Notes: generated by a model not told the origin, from the sequence alone. A stretch of DNA of 64,000 nucleotides from an uncultured Acidobacteriota bacterium (GCA_963756595.1 CAVWOZ010000040.1:81-64080); one strand, 5' to 3'; positions 9,250 to 18,720 are shown, numbered from the stretch's first letter. Made by a program: numbers and translations.

Positions 9250-10248
9250 TCAGAGGGCTGAAGTGCCCGGCGCCACGAGCTGATCGATCGTCGCGACTTC
9301 CTCGTCCGTGAAGGTGACGTTCACCGCTTCGAGGCTGTCGTCGAGCTGCTCCTGGGTGCGGGGGCCGAGGATCACCGAGGTGACCGCCGGATGGCGCAGC
9401 GCCCAGGCGTTGGCGAGGCGGGCGAGCGAGATCCCCTTCGCCTCGGCCATCGGCAGCAGCTGCTCGACGATGTCGAGCCGGCGCTGGAACTTCGGGTTGC
9501 CGAGGTCGCCGATCCACTTTTCGGCGCGGTTGCTGTCGAGCGGATTGGCGCCGCCGCGGCGGTACTTGCCGGAGAGCCATCCCCCCTCGAGCGGGCTCCA
9601 CACGATGTTGCCGAGCCCCAGCTTCAGGGACATCGGGAAGTGCTCGAGCTCCATCGTGCGGCGCAGAATGCTGTAGGGCGGCTGGATCGACACGAAGCGC
9701 TCCCAGCCGTGCCGCTCGCTGATCCACAGCGTCTCGACGATCTCCCAGGCGGAGAAGCGCTTCTCCCAAAGAGCCGACCCCTCGTAGTGATTGGTCGAGA
9801 GGCCCAGGTAGCGCACCTTCCCCTGGCGCACCAGGTCGTTCAGCGCCGAGAGGGTCTCCTCGAGCGGCGTGGTGGGATCGGGGCGATGGATCTGGTAGAG
9901 GTCGATGACGTCGGTGCCGAGGCGGCGCAGGCTGTTCTCCACCTGCTCCTGGATCGCCTTGCGCGACAGCCCCCGCTGGTTGGCCCCCGGGCCGACCGGC
10001 GCCCACACCTTGGTGGCGAGCACCGTCCCCTCGCGCCGGTCCTTGAGCGCCTTGCCGACGATCACCTCCGACTCCCCCTCGGAGTAGCCGTTGGCGGTGT
10101 CGATGAAGTTTACCCCTGAGTCGAGAGCGCTGTGGATGATGCGGATCGACTCGTCGTGATCCGGATTCCCCCACGCCCCGAACATCATCGCGCCCAGGCA
10201 GAGCGGCGAGACCTTGAGGCCGGTGTGGCCGAGATTGCGGTATTCCAT
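9250..10248 (-). CDS. aldo/keto reductase
   Basis: LGHTGLKVSPLCLG, FIDTANGYSEG.SE, ATK, DLYQIHRPD, GKVRYLGLS and WSPL.GG.LSGKY. Confidence 0.93.
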   Translation of the reverse strand: MEYRNLGHTGLKVSPLCLGAMMFGAWGNPDHDESIRIIHSALDSGVNFIDTANGYSEGESEVIVGKALKDRREGTVLATKVWAPVGPGANQRGLSRKAIQEQVENSLRRLGTDVIDLYQIHRPDPTTPLEETLSALNDLVRQGKVRYLGLSTNHYEGSALWEKRFSAWEIVETLWISERHGWERFVSIQPPYSILRRTMELEHFPMSLKLGLGNIVWSPLEGGWLSGKYRRGGANPLDSNRAEKWIGDLGNPKFQRRLDIVEQLLPMAEAKGISLARLANAWALRHPAVTSVILGPRTQEQLDDSLEAVNVTFTDEEVATIDQLVAPGTSAL

Positions 10249-10333
10249 GGGTGACCCTCCGACGGCGGAACAGTGCCCTGGCGAAGCTATCACGCGAGGC
10301 AACCTCTCCCTGTCCTCAGCGGAGGGGAGAAGC

Positions 10334-10460
10334 GTGCTTTTTTCCTCCCCCGTACTCGGGGGAGGTCAGGAGGGGGCTCGCAGCGTTCCAACCAAGGAAG
10401 CGTTCCAGGCCTGCGAGCGCCCCCTCCCGGCCTCCCCCGAGTACGGGAGAGGAGAAAGGC
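10334..10460. repeat. REP doublet, second copy of the 35-153 element
   Basis: Same CCTCCCCCGTACTCGGGGGAGG arms and the same CCAACCAAGGAA spacer motif. Confidence 0.85.
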
Positions 10461-10501
10461 GCCCGCGGTTGGGCGTTGAGAATGCTCTGAGAGCCGCCGC
10501 C

Positions 10502-11476
10502 CTACCGCGCCAGCCACCAGACGGCCGCCGCGATCGCGGCGAGGGCGAGCAGGGCGAGGCCGACGTAGAGCAGCAGAGGCTTCTTCGCTCCCTCCTCCTT
10601 CTGCCCCTTCCCTCCGGCGAGCAACCTAGAGCCGGCGCGGGAGATCCCGCGGATCTCGGTCAGGGTGCGCAGGCGCAGGGTCTCCTCGAGGCGGCCGAGA
10701 GCGGCGAGGAGGTCTCCGGCGTTGGCGTAGCGCTCGGCGGGACGGCGGGCGAGGCAGCGCAGGGCCACGACGTCGATCTCTGGAGACAGCCCGGGATCGA
10801 TCTGACTGGGCAGGCCGAAGTGGGGGCCCGGCGCGCGGCCGGTCAGCATCTGGTGGAAGATCACCCCGGCGGAGTAGAGGTCCGAGCGGGGGTCCGCCGT
10901 CCCCGTCCCCTCGAGCACCTCGGGAGGCAGGTAATACATCGCTCCCAGGTGGATGGCGCCGGTGCCGAGGGTGGCGGTGAGGCTCGGCGCCGCCGTCTCG
11001 AAGCGGGTGGCGCCGAGGTCCGAGACCTTGACCGTCGCGAAGTCCGGCGAGACCAGGACGTTCCTGGGGGTGAGGCTGCGGTGCACGAGGCCGTTCTGGT
11101 GCGCCTGGACCAGGGCGCGGACGATCCCGTTCATCACCCTGAACGCCTCGGCGAGCGCCAGCCGCCGCTCTTTGAGCACGCGGTCGAGCGACGTCCCGTC
11201 GACGAGCTCCATGGCGACGTAGAGCCGCTCGCCGTCCTGGCCGGTCTCGAGGATCTGCGCCAGGTTGGGGTGGCGGGTCACCGGCGCGGCGGCGCGCAGC
11301 TCGGCGTGGAAGCGCTCGACGGCGGCCGGGTCGGCGCTCAGCGAGTGCGGGAAGAGCTTGACGGCGACCGCCCGCCCCTGCGGCGAGACGGCCTCGTAGA
11401 CCACCGCCTGTCCGGCTTTGCCGAGCAGCGCGCGGACGCGGTAGGGGCCGATCGATTCAGGGAGGGGAGATGCCAT
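10502..11476 (-). CDS. Hanks-type Ser/Thr kinase-fold protein with C-terminal TM helix, probable pseudokinase
   Basis: AVAVK, HPNL, YVAME, SDLG, YLPPE and SDLYSAG are present, but the catalytic loop reads HRSLTPRN (no Asp, no Lys). Hydrophobic C-terminus. Confidence 0.85.
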   Translation of the reverse strand: MASPLPESIGPYRVRALLGKAGQAVVYEAVSPQGRAVAVKLFPHSLSADPAAVERFHAELRAAAPVTRHPNLAQILETGQDGERLYVAMELVDGTSLDRVLKERRLALAEAFRVMNGIVRALVQAHQNGLVHRSLTPRNVLVSPDFATVKVSDLGATRFETAAPSLTATLGTGAIHLGAMYYLPPEVLEGTGTADPRSDLYSAGVIFHQMLTGRAPGPHFGLPSQIDPGLSPEIDVVALRCLARRPAERYANAGDLLAALGRLEETLRLRTLTEIRGISRAGSRLLAGGKGQKEEGAKKPLLLYVGLALLALAAIAAAVWWLAR

Positions 11477-12758
11477 CGCGCTCGAAGATCATAACCGTGT
11501 CGCCCACCGCGATGCGATCGAAAGGTTTCAATTCGGCCCGCTCGGCGGGCTTGCCGTTGACCCGCGTCCCCTTGCTGCTGCCGAGGTCGGTCATCACCCA
11601 GGCGCCGGCGTCCGCGTCCCAGGCGATCCGCAGGTGCTCCTTGCTGGCGTTGGGATCGGAGAGCGCCAGGGCGCAGGTGCGCGAGCGGCCGACCGTCGCC
11701 GGCTCATCCCACACGAGATCGAGCGAGGCTCCTCGCTCGGGTCCCTCGGCGACGTAGAGGCGGGCCTGAGGTGTCTCCGCGGCGGAAGTGGCGGCTCGCC
11801 GACGCGGAGCCTGGCGGGTCAGCTCCACCGTCTGGATCGGATAGGGCATGACGATCCCATGGCGGTGAAACTCCTCCCAGATCCGCGCCCGCAGGTCGCT
11901 CACGATCCGTGGCGAGAGCGCCATGTCCTCGATCCAGACCCGCAGCTCGTGGACGATCGCGCTCGCCTCGAACGCGGCGACGTAGACCTCCGGGCCCGGC
12001 TTGTCGAGAACTCCCGAGACACCGGCGGCGGCGTGGAGGAGGACCTGGCGGACGCGGTACGGCGGCTCGTCGAAGGGGGCTCCCACCCGGACGCGTTCCA
12101 TGTGGAGCGGGTGCGGATAGTAGTAGTTGAGGACCCGCTCGTCGGCCAGCCTGGCGTTGGGGATCACCAGGTTGTCGTTGTCGCGCGTGCGCAGGTGGGT
12201 GGTGCGCCAGGTGATCGCCATCACCCGTCCCTCCTGCTCGCCGATCTTGATCCAGTCGTTGATGCGGAACGGCTTCTCGATCGAGATCACCAGGCCGGCG
12301 AAGAAGTTGGCGAGGATCGGCTGCAGGGCGAGGCCGAGCACCAGCGAGGTGACGGCGCTGGTGGCGACCAGCGCCGTGACGTCGAGCTTGGGGAAGCTCA
12401 GCCGCAGGGTGATCATGGCGGTGGCGAGGTAGACCACCGTCATCGTCACCGCCGGGAGGAGGGGCGGCAGGCGCATCCCCCGCTTCGCGGTCAGGTGGAC
12501 GTCGAAGAGGTAGAGCCCGAGCAGGCGCAGGATAGTGATCAGGCCGAGGAAGAGCCACGCCCAGTCGAGGGTCCGGGCGACGGCCTCCATCCGGTAGCCG
12601 GGCTGGAGGAGGGTGACGATCTCGAGCGTCGCCACCCCGGCCGCCACGTAGAGCGGAAAGGCGAGCTGGCGCACCCAGAAGAAGCGCCGCTGGAGGGCGG
12701 CGAGGATCACGATCAGCAGCGACAGCCCGACGACGCTGCCCAGCACGGTGAGGGTCAT
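11457..12758 (-). CDS. MscS-family mechanosensitive channel fused to C-terminal FHA domain
   Basis: TM helices, GLALQPILANFFAG, EKPFRINDWI and ITWRTT..IPN, then GRSRTC...ASKEH...DLGSSKGTRVNG...DRIAVG (FHA). Confidence 0.88.
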   Translation of the reverse strand: MTLTVLGSVVGLSLLIVILAALQRRFFWVRQLAFPLYVAAGVATLEIVTLLQPGYRMEAVARTLDWAWLFLGLITILRLLGLYLFDVHLTAKRGMRLPPLLPAVTMTVVYLATAMITLRLSFPKLDVTALVATSAVTSLVLGLALQPILANFFAGLVISIEKPFRINDWIKIGEQEGRVMAITWRTTHLRTRDNDNLVIPNARLADERVLNYYYPHPLHMERVRVGAPFDEPPYRVRQVLLHAAAGVSGVLDKPGPEVYVAAFEASAIVHELRVWIEDMALSPRIVSDLRARIWEEFHRHGIVMPYPIQTVELTRQAPRRRAATSAAETPQARLYVAEGPERGASLDLVWDEPATVGRSRTCALALSDPNASKEHLRIAWDADAGAWVMTDLGSSKGTRVNGKPAERAELKPFDRIAVGDTVMIFERDGISPP

Positions 12759-12880
12759 CAGCAAGCGGCACACCTCCGGGGGCTCACGGGCACCGCAGGG
12801 TTGACGGCCCGGGCTTTAGGAATGCCGCCCTGGCGGGCTGGCGTCGAGTCGACTGCGGAAAATCGTGGAGAAGAGACGGC

Positions 12881-13147
12881 CTACCCCAGCCGCTCGCGGA
12901 ACACCTTGTCCATCGCCACCCGTAGCGCCTCGAGGCGCCCCAGCTTGCCGGCGGCATCCGGCTTGACCTCGACGTCGTAGTCGAAGTCGACGTTGTCGAG
13001 CACCGTGGCGCGCCAGAGCTTCTTCTTGGCGTCCCAGCTCCCCTGACGGTCGCCGGCCAGTCCCCAGCCGCTCGGCAGGTAGCTGCGGATCTCGGTCTCG
13101 GTATAGGACAGCGCCCCCTGCGACGGTTCATTTTTCTTCATGTCCAT
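12881..13147 (-). CDS. small hypothetical protein (~88 aa)
   Basis: 3' part of ORF 12881..13474 (MDMKKNEP...LSYTETEIRSYLPSGW...) has coding-like composition. The upstream part of that ORF overlaps a repeat and a promoter. Confidence 0.7.
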   Translation of the reverse strand: MDMKKNEPSQGALSYTETEIRSYLPSGWGLAGDRQGSWDAKKKLWRATVLDNVDFDYDVEVKPDAAGKLGRLEALRVAMDKVFRERLG

Positions 13148-13201
13148 GGTGGGGGAATCATGCCTCAAGTCGCCCCTTGGAGAGAAGGGGCGGCTCCGTG
13201 G

Positions 13202-13309
13202 GGCGTCCGGCCGCGTCCCGGTTGGAACCGCGCAGCCGACTGGCAGCGAGCGAAGCGAGCGGAGCCCGAAGGAGGCGAGCAGGTTCCCACCAGGACGCGT
13301 CCGGACGTC
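13202..13309. repeat. structured dispersed repeat, copy 2 (core 13228-13283 inside a 28-bp imperfect inverted stem)
   Basis: Core as at 9171-9226 in opposite orientation. Flanks 13202-13229 and 13282-13309 are complementary to each other but unrelated to the copy-1 flanks. Confidence 0.85.
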
Positions 13310-13313
13310 TTCC

Positions 13314-13342
13314 TTGACCCCCCCGGAGACGGTTGCTACGAT
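13314..13342 (+). promoter_or_regulatory. putative sigma70 promoter for the acyl-CoA dehydrogenase pair
   Basis: TTGACC-17 bp-TACGAT with an extended TG motif, 46 bp upstream of the ATG. Confidence 0.6.
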
Positions 13343-13388
13343 CGGGCGGGTTCCGCTCCGCGCATCCCGCAACCGCAAAAGGAAAGCC

Positions 13389-14531
13389 ATGAGAATCGAG
13401 CTCGACGAAGAGCAGAAGCTGCTGCAGGAGTCCGTCCGGAGGTTCGCCGAGGAGGTCGTCCGTCCCCGCGCCAAGGAGATCGACGAGTCGGGCGAGTTTC
13501 CGCGCTCCTTTTTCGATCAGGCCGGCGAGTTGGGGCTCGCCGGGGTCGCCATCCCCGAGGAGTACGGCGGCGCCGGCATGGACACCCTCGCCTACACCGT
13601 GGTCATCGAGGAGATCAGCCGGGTCTGCGCCACCTCCGGGGTGATCCTCTCGGTCAACAACTCGCTGGTCTGCGATCCGCTGCTGAAGTTCGGCACCGAG
13701 GAGCAGAAGCAGGAGTTCCTGAAGCCGCTCGCCGCCGGCGAGAAGCTCGGCTGCTTCGGCCTGACCGAGCCCGGCGCCGGCAGCGATCCGGCCGGCATCC
13801 GCAGCACGGCGCGCCGCGACGGCGACGACTACGTGCTCAACGGCAACAAGATCTTCATCACCAACGGCACCGACGCCGACGTCGCCCTGGTCTTCGCCAG
13901 CGTCGACCTGGCCAGGAAGCACAAGGGGATCACCTGCTTCATCGTCCCCGCCGACACCCCCGGCTACAGCCACGGCACCCACGAGTTCAAGCTCGGGGTC
14001 AACGCCTCGGGGACCACCGAGCTCGCCTTCGCCGACCTGCGCATCCCGGCCCGCTACCGATTGGGCGAGGAAGGGGAGGGGTTCAAGGTCGCCATGTCGA
14101 CCCTCGACGGCGGCCGGATCGGCATCGCCGCGCAGGCGGTCGGCATCGCCCAGGGGGCGTTCGAGGAGGCGCTCGCCTACTCCCAGGAGCGCGAGCAGTT
14201 CGGCCAGCACCTCTCGGACTTCCAGGCGATCCAGTTCTACCTCGCCGACATGTCGACCGAGCTCGACGCCGCCCGCTTCCTCACCTGGAAGGCGGCGTGG
14301 GCCAAGGAGAACCAGAAGCGCTTCACCCTCGAGGCGGCGCAGGCCAAGCTCTACGCCTCCGAGATGGCGCAGCGGGTCACCAACAAGGCGTTGCAGATCC
14401 ACGGCGGCTACGGCTACACCAAGGAGTACAACGTCGAGCGCTACTTCCGCGACGCCCGCATCACCGAGATCTACGAGGGGACCAGCGAGATCCAGAAGAT
14501 GGTGATCGCCGACTGGGTGCTCAAGGCGTAA
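13389..14531 (+). CDS. acyl-CoA dehydrogenase (short/branched-chain type)
   Basis: FGLTEPGAGSD, NGNKIFITNG, LDGGRIGIAAQ, QIHGGYGY and IYEGTSEIQ. Confidence 0.93.
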   Translation: MRIELDEEQKLLQESVRRFAEEVVRPRAKEIDESGEFPRSFFDQAGELGLAGVAIPEEYGGAGMDTLAYTVVIEEISRVCATSGVILSVNNSLVCDPLLKFGTEEQKQEFLKPLAAGEKLGCFGLTEPGAGSDPAGIRSTARRDGDDYVLNGNKIFITNGTDADVALVFASVDLARKHKGITCFIVPADTPGYSHGTHEFKLGVNASGTTELAFADLRIPARYRLGEEGEGFKVAMSTLDGGRIGIAAQAVGIAQGAFEEALAYSQEREQFGQHLSDFQAIQFYLADMSTELDAARFLTWKAAWAKENQKRFTLEAAQAKLYASEMAQRVTNKALQIHGGYGYTKEYNVERYFRDARITEIYEGTSEIQKMVIADWVLKA

Positions 14532-14547
14532 GACGGGAGGAACGCCG

Positions 14548-15735
14548 ATGGCCGTGCTCACCGAATCTCCATCCACCTCCCACGCCGCGTCCGGCATGGA
14601 CTTCTCGCTCAGCGAGGACCAGCAGCTCCTGCGCGACGAGGTGCGCCGCTTCGCCGAGGAGCGCATCCGCCCCGGCATCCAGGAGCGCGACCGCGACCAC
14701 ACCTTCCCGCTCGACCTCTTCAAGGAGATGGGGGAGATGGGGCTGATGGGGATGCTGATCCCCGAGGAGTACGGCGGCGCCGGGACGGACACCCTCTCCT
14801 ATCTGCTCGCCGTCGAGGAGATCTCGAAGGCCGATCCGGCGGTGGCGGTGACGATGAGCGTCACCAACTCGGTCTGCGCCTGGCCGATCGTCCACTTCGG
14901 GAGCGAGGCGCTGAAGCGGCAGGTCCTCCCGGAGCTCGCCTCCGGCGCCACCCTCGGCGGCTTCGGCCTCACCGAGCCGGGGGCGGGGAGCGACGCCGGC
15001 AGCCTGAAGACCACGGCGCGGCGCGACGGCGACTCCTGGGTGCTCAACGGCCAGAAGGCGTGGATCACCAACGCCGGCCACGCCGGCTGGTTCGTGGTGG
15101 TGGTGCGCACCGACCCCGCGGCGGGGAAGCGGGGCTTGTCGGCCCTGGTCGTCCCCGCCGACGCGCCCGGCTTCTCGGTGGGGAAGCCGGAGGAGAAGAT
15201 GGGGCTGCGCTCGTCGCGCACGGCGCAGATCTACTTCGCCGATTGCCGGATTCCGGCCGGCAACCTCCTCGGCGAGGAGGGGCAGGGGCTGAAGATCGCC
15301 CTCTCGACCCTCGACCACTCCCGCCTCGGCATCGGCGCCCAGGCGGCGGGGATCCACGAGCGGGCGCTCCAGCTCGCCGTCGCCTACGCCAAGGAGCGGG
15401 TGCAGTTCGGGCAGCCGATCGCCGCCAACCAGGCGATCCAGTTCAAGATCGCCCAGATGGCGACCGAGCTCGCCGCCTCCCGCGTCCTCACCTACGCCGC
15501 CGCCGCCGCCGAGGGGACCCCGCGCGCCGGCCGCCTCGCCGCCCAGGCCAAGGTCTACGCCTCCGAAGCCGCCAACCGCGCCTGCCAGGAGAGCCTCCAG
15601 ATCCACGGCGGCAACGGCTTCCACGACGACTACGAGATCTCCCGCCTTTACCGCGACGTGCGAGTCACCACGATCTACGAGGGGACGAGCGAGATGCAGC
15701 GGATGGTGATCGCGCGGCACCTGCTGGGCCGGTAG
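14548..15735 (+). CDS. acyl-CoA dehydrogenase
   Basis: FGLTEPGAGSD, NGQKAWITN, KMGLRSS, QIHGGNG and IYEGTSEMQ. Confidence 0.93.
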   Translation: MAVLTESPSTSHAASGMDFSLSEDQQLLRDEVRRFAEERIRPGIQERDRDHTFPLDLFKEMGEMGLMGMLIPEEYGGAGTDTLSYLLAVEEISKADPAVAVTMSVTNSVCAWPIVHFGSEALKRQVLPELASGATLGGFGLTEPGAGSDAGSLKTTARRDGDSWVLNGQKAWITNAGHAGWFVVVVRTDPAAGKRGLSALVVPADAPGFSVGKPEEKMGLRSSRTAQIYFADCRIPAGNLLGEEGQGLKIALSTLDHSRLGIGAQAAGIHERALQLAVAYAKERVQFGQPIAANQAIQFKIAQMATELAASRVLTYAAAAAEGTPRAGRLAAQAKVYASEAANRACQESLQIHGGNGFHDDYEISRLYRDVRVTTIYEGTSEMQRMVIARHLLGR

Positions 15736-15745
15736 GTTTTTTCTT

Positions 15746-15771
15746 TCCTGGGAGCGCCGGCGCTCCCAGGA
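15746..15771. repeat. perfect 26-bp palindrome (REP-like remnant)
   Basis: TCCTGGGAGCGCCGGCGCTCCCAGGA lies just after the stop codon, with no downstream U-tract. Confidence 0.55.
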
Positions 15772-15862
15772 GGGGGTACCCTTCGTGGAGAGGAATCCTC
15801 CACTCCATCTTGTAGTATGCTTTACTTATGCCCCCACATATCCACTCCCGGGCCGGGGCGCA

Positions 15863-17194
15863 GTGACGGCGGCCGTCCTTCTCACGCATCTGCTGGCGCT
15901 CGCCGCCGGGGGTCTCCTGGTCTGGCTGGCGTCGCGCCCGCGGGCCGGGGAGACGGCGCGGCTGCGGGAGGAGCGGACGCGGGCGCTGACCGAGATCGCT
16001 CGCCTGCAGACCACGATCGAGAAGGAGCGCCAGGCGGCGGCCGAGAAGATGCGGCTTCTCGACCAGGCGCGGGCGCAGCTCTCGGACGCCTTCAAGGCGC
16101 TCTCGGCCGAGGCGCTGCAGAACAACAACGCGAGTTTCGTCCATCTCGCCCAGGCGACCTTCGAGAAGCTCCAGGAGGCGGCGCGAGGGGATCTCGATCG
16201 CCGCCAGCAGGCGATCGGCGAACTCGTGCTGCCGCTCAAGGAGTCGCTCCACAAGGTCGACGAGAAGATCCGCGAGATGGAGGCGACCCGCGCCGTCGCC
16301 TACTCGACCCTCTCCGAGCACCTGAAGACGCTGACCACGGCGCAGGGGAGCCTCGAGCGCGAGACGGCGAAGCTGGTCGGCGCCCTGCGCTCGTCGTCGA
16401 CCCGCGGCCGGTGGGGGGAGATCCAGCTCCAGCGGGTGGTCGAGATGGCGGGGATGACCGCCTACTGCGACTTCTCGGTGCAGGCGAGCGTCACCACCGA
16501 AGATGGGAGGCTGCGCCCCGACCTCGTCGTTCGCCTCCCCAACCGGAAGAACGTGGTGATCGACGCCAAGGCGCCGCTCGACGCCTATCTCGACTCGCTC
16601 GAGGCGCTCGACGAGGAGGGGCGGCGGTCGAAGCTGCGCGATCACGCGCGGCAGATCCGCTCCCATCTCTCCAGGCTGGCGGCGAAGGGGTACTGGGCGC
16701 AGTTCGAGCCGGCGCCCGAGTTCGTGGTCCTCTTCCTGCCGGGGGAGACCTTCTTCAGCGCCGCGCTCGAGCAGGACCCGTCGCTGATCGAGGCGGGCGT
16801 CGAGCAGCGGGTGATCCTCGCCACGCCGACCACCCTGATCGCCCTGCTGCGCGCCGTCGCCTACGGCTGGCGGCAGGCGCAGGTGGAGGAGAACGCCAAG
16901 GCGATCAGCGAGCTCGGCCGCTCCCTCTACGAGCGCCTGCGCACCTTCGCGGGGCACCTCGCGACCACGGGCAAGAGCCTGGGGGCGAGCGTCGACGCCT
17001 ACAACAAAGCGGTCGGCTCGCTCGAGCTGCGCGTCCTCCCCGCCGCCCGCCGCTTCAAGGAGATGGGCGCCGCGGGGGGTGACGAGATCGAAACCCTCAC
17101 GCTGATCGACAAAGTGACCCGCGAAGTCGACGAAATCGATCCGCGGAGCGACGAAGCGATGCTCGCAGGGTTGGTGGGGGGAGAAATTTCCTAG
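15863..17194 (+). CDS. rmuC: DNA recombination protein RmuC
   Basis: N-terminal TM and coiled coil, RGRWGE.QL, RPD.VV.LP, IDAK.P, L..KGYW, FVVLFLP.E and TPTTL.ALL. Confidence 0.92.
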   Translation: MTAAVLLTHLLALAAGGLLVWLASRPRAGETARLREERTRALTEIARLQTTIEKERQAAAEKMRLLDQARAQLSDAFKALSAEALQNNNASFVHLAQATFEKLQEAARGDLDRRQQAIGELVLPLKESLHKVDEKIREMEATRAVAYSTLSEHLKTLTTAQGSLERETAKLVGALRSSSTRGRWGEIQLQRVVEMAGMTAYCDFSVQASVTTEDGRLRPDLVVRLPNRKNVVIDAKAPLDAYLDSLEALDEEGRRSKLRDHARQIRSHLSRLAAKGYWAQFEPAPEFVVLFLPGETFFSAALEQDPSLIEAGVEQRVILATPTTLIALLRAVAYGWRQAQVEENAKAISELGRSLYERLRTFAGHLATTGKSLGASVDAYNKAVGSLELRVLPAARRFKEMGAAGGDEIETLTLIDKVTREVDEIDPRSDEAMLAGLVGGEIS

Positions 17195-17258
17195 CGAGAG
17201 AGCCGCGCGAGCTTCGTGCCCTCGCTCACAGGGAAAAAACCGTTCCGCGCCGACGACG

Positions 17259-17290
17259 AAAGAGGCCTCGCAAGCTTGCGAGGCCTCTTT
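17259..17290. terminator. bidirectional intrinsic terminator candidate
   Basis: Perfect palindrome AAAGAGGCCTCGCAAGCTTGCGAGGCCTCTTT between convergent rmuC and PPIase genes. Confidence 0.65.
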
Positions 17291-17340
17291 CCTGCGGAAG
17301 TTTGCCCGGTTGCAAACGGGCTGGAGCCCGCACCGACCGT

Positions 17341-18513
17341 CTACAGGAAGATTTCGACCTTCCCCTTCGCCTTCAGCTGCTCGGCGCGGGCCTGCACGAG
17401 CTTCTGGACCTCCTGCTGCTTCAATCCCTGGATGATCCGTTCCTTCACCTGCTCGAACGGAACCGTCGACGCCGGCAGTTTGTCGAGCAACTGGATGATG
17501 TGGTACCCGAAACGGCTCTCCACGAGGTCCGAAACGTCGTTCGGCTTCTTGAGCGCGAAGGCGGCGGCGTCGAACTGCGGGCCGGCCTGGCCGCGGGCGA
17601 TGGTGAGCTCGCCGCCGCGGTCCTTCGAGCCCGGATCGTCCGAGTACTGCGCGGCGAGCTTGGCGAAGTCCTCGCCCCCCTTGACCTTCTTCAGCACCTC
17701 CTCCGCCTTCTGCCGCGCCTTCTGTTTGTCGGCGGGGGAGGCGGTCGGTGCCACCTGGATCAGGATGTGGCGCAGATGGAGCCTCTCGGGGACCCGCACC
17801 TTGTCCTGGTTCTTGTCGTAGAAGTCCTTCGCCATGGCGTCCGAGACGTTGACGCCGGGGGCGATCTTGGTCTGCACGTACTTCTGGACGGCGATCTGGT
17901 CGCGCGCCTGCTGCTTCAGCGTCTCCTCGGTGATCCCGGCCTTCGCGAGCGCCGCCTTGTAGGCCGCCTCGTTGGGGAAGGCCCCCTTGCGCGCCGCGAC
18001 CGCCTGCTGGATCTCGGCGTCGCTGGCGGTCATCCCCTGCGCCTTGGCGTCCTGCTGGAGGAGGATGATGGCGACCAGCTCGTTGAGCACCTGGTGGTAG
18101 AAGCGGGAGGAGGGGGCGATCTGCTGCCCCATCTGGGCGAAGCGCATCTGCACCAGCTGGCCGCCGTCGAGCAGATCGTTCTTCTTGATCGGCTGGCCGT
18201 TGACCTTGGCGACCACGGCCGGAATCTTGTCCGCCGGCAGGGGGGCGTTGTCCGCACCCGCGGCGCCCGGCAGCCCGGCCAGGCCCCCCGCGGAGGCTGG
18301 CGTGCCGTTGGGGGTGTGCGCGGGGAGGGTGCCTGGCGTGCCAGGCTGGCCGGTGGACGCCGCGGCGTCCGTGGACTTTCCCGCGGCGCCGGCGGCGCCC
18401 GGGGCGGCCGGCGTCGTCTCCTTCGGCTTGCAGCCGGCGGCGAGCGACAGGCCGAGCGCGAGCAGCGTCAGGCAAAAAGAGAGCTTCTTCGAGAGTTGGC
18501 GCGCATGGATCAT
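17341..18513 (-). CDS. PpiC/parvulin-type peptidyl-prolyl isomerase lipoprotein (SurA/PrsA-like)
   Basis: Lipobox LAAGC, VAKVNG, HLRHILI, FAKLAAQYSDDPGS..GGEL and SRFGYHII. Confidence 0.9.
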   Translation of the reverse strand: MIHARQLSKKLSFCLTLLALGLSLAAGCKPKETTPAAPGAAGAAGKSTDAAASTGQPGTPGTLPAHTPNGTPASAGGLAGLPGAAGADNAPLPADKIPAVVAKVNGQPIKKNDLLDGGQLVQMRFAQMGQQIAPSSRFYHQVLNELVAIILLQQDAKAQGMTASDAEIQQAVAARKGAFPNEAAYKAALAKAGITEETLKQQARDQIAVQKYVQTKIAPGVNVSDAMAKDFYDKNQDKVRVPERLHLRHILIQVAPTASPADKQKARQKAEEVLKKVKGGEDFAKLAAQYSDDPGSKDRGGELTIARGQAGPQFDAAAFALKKPNDVSDLVESRFGYHIIQLLDKLPASTVPFEQVKERIIQGLKQQEVQKLVQARAEQLKAKGKVEIFL

Positions 18514-18720
18514 GTGGGGTTCCTCGGGGGCGGAGCCCGCGAGGGGCCGCCAGAATTTGAGCAGCGCAGTCTAGCAGATCCCCGGCGGCGCGTTCTGCGG
18601 CCCGCGCGCACCCTTGACTATAGATAAAGGATCAGCCGCCGGGGGGTAGAGGTTCGCTTCCTTCATTCCTCCCGAGGCGACTCCGGCTCTTTCTACGCCC
18701 CTCGAGGAGGGGGGGATCTC

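Noticed and set aside
17195-17340. Possible tRNA or ncRNA in the rmuC-PPIase intergenic region
   Set aside because: Only hairpins consistent with terminators are present, with no cloverleaf or recognisable RNA motif.
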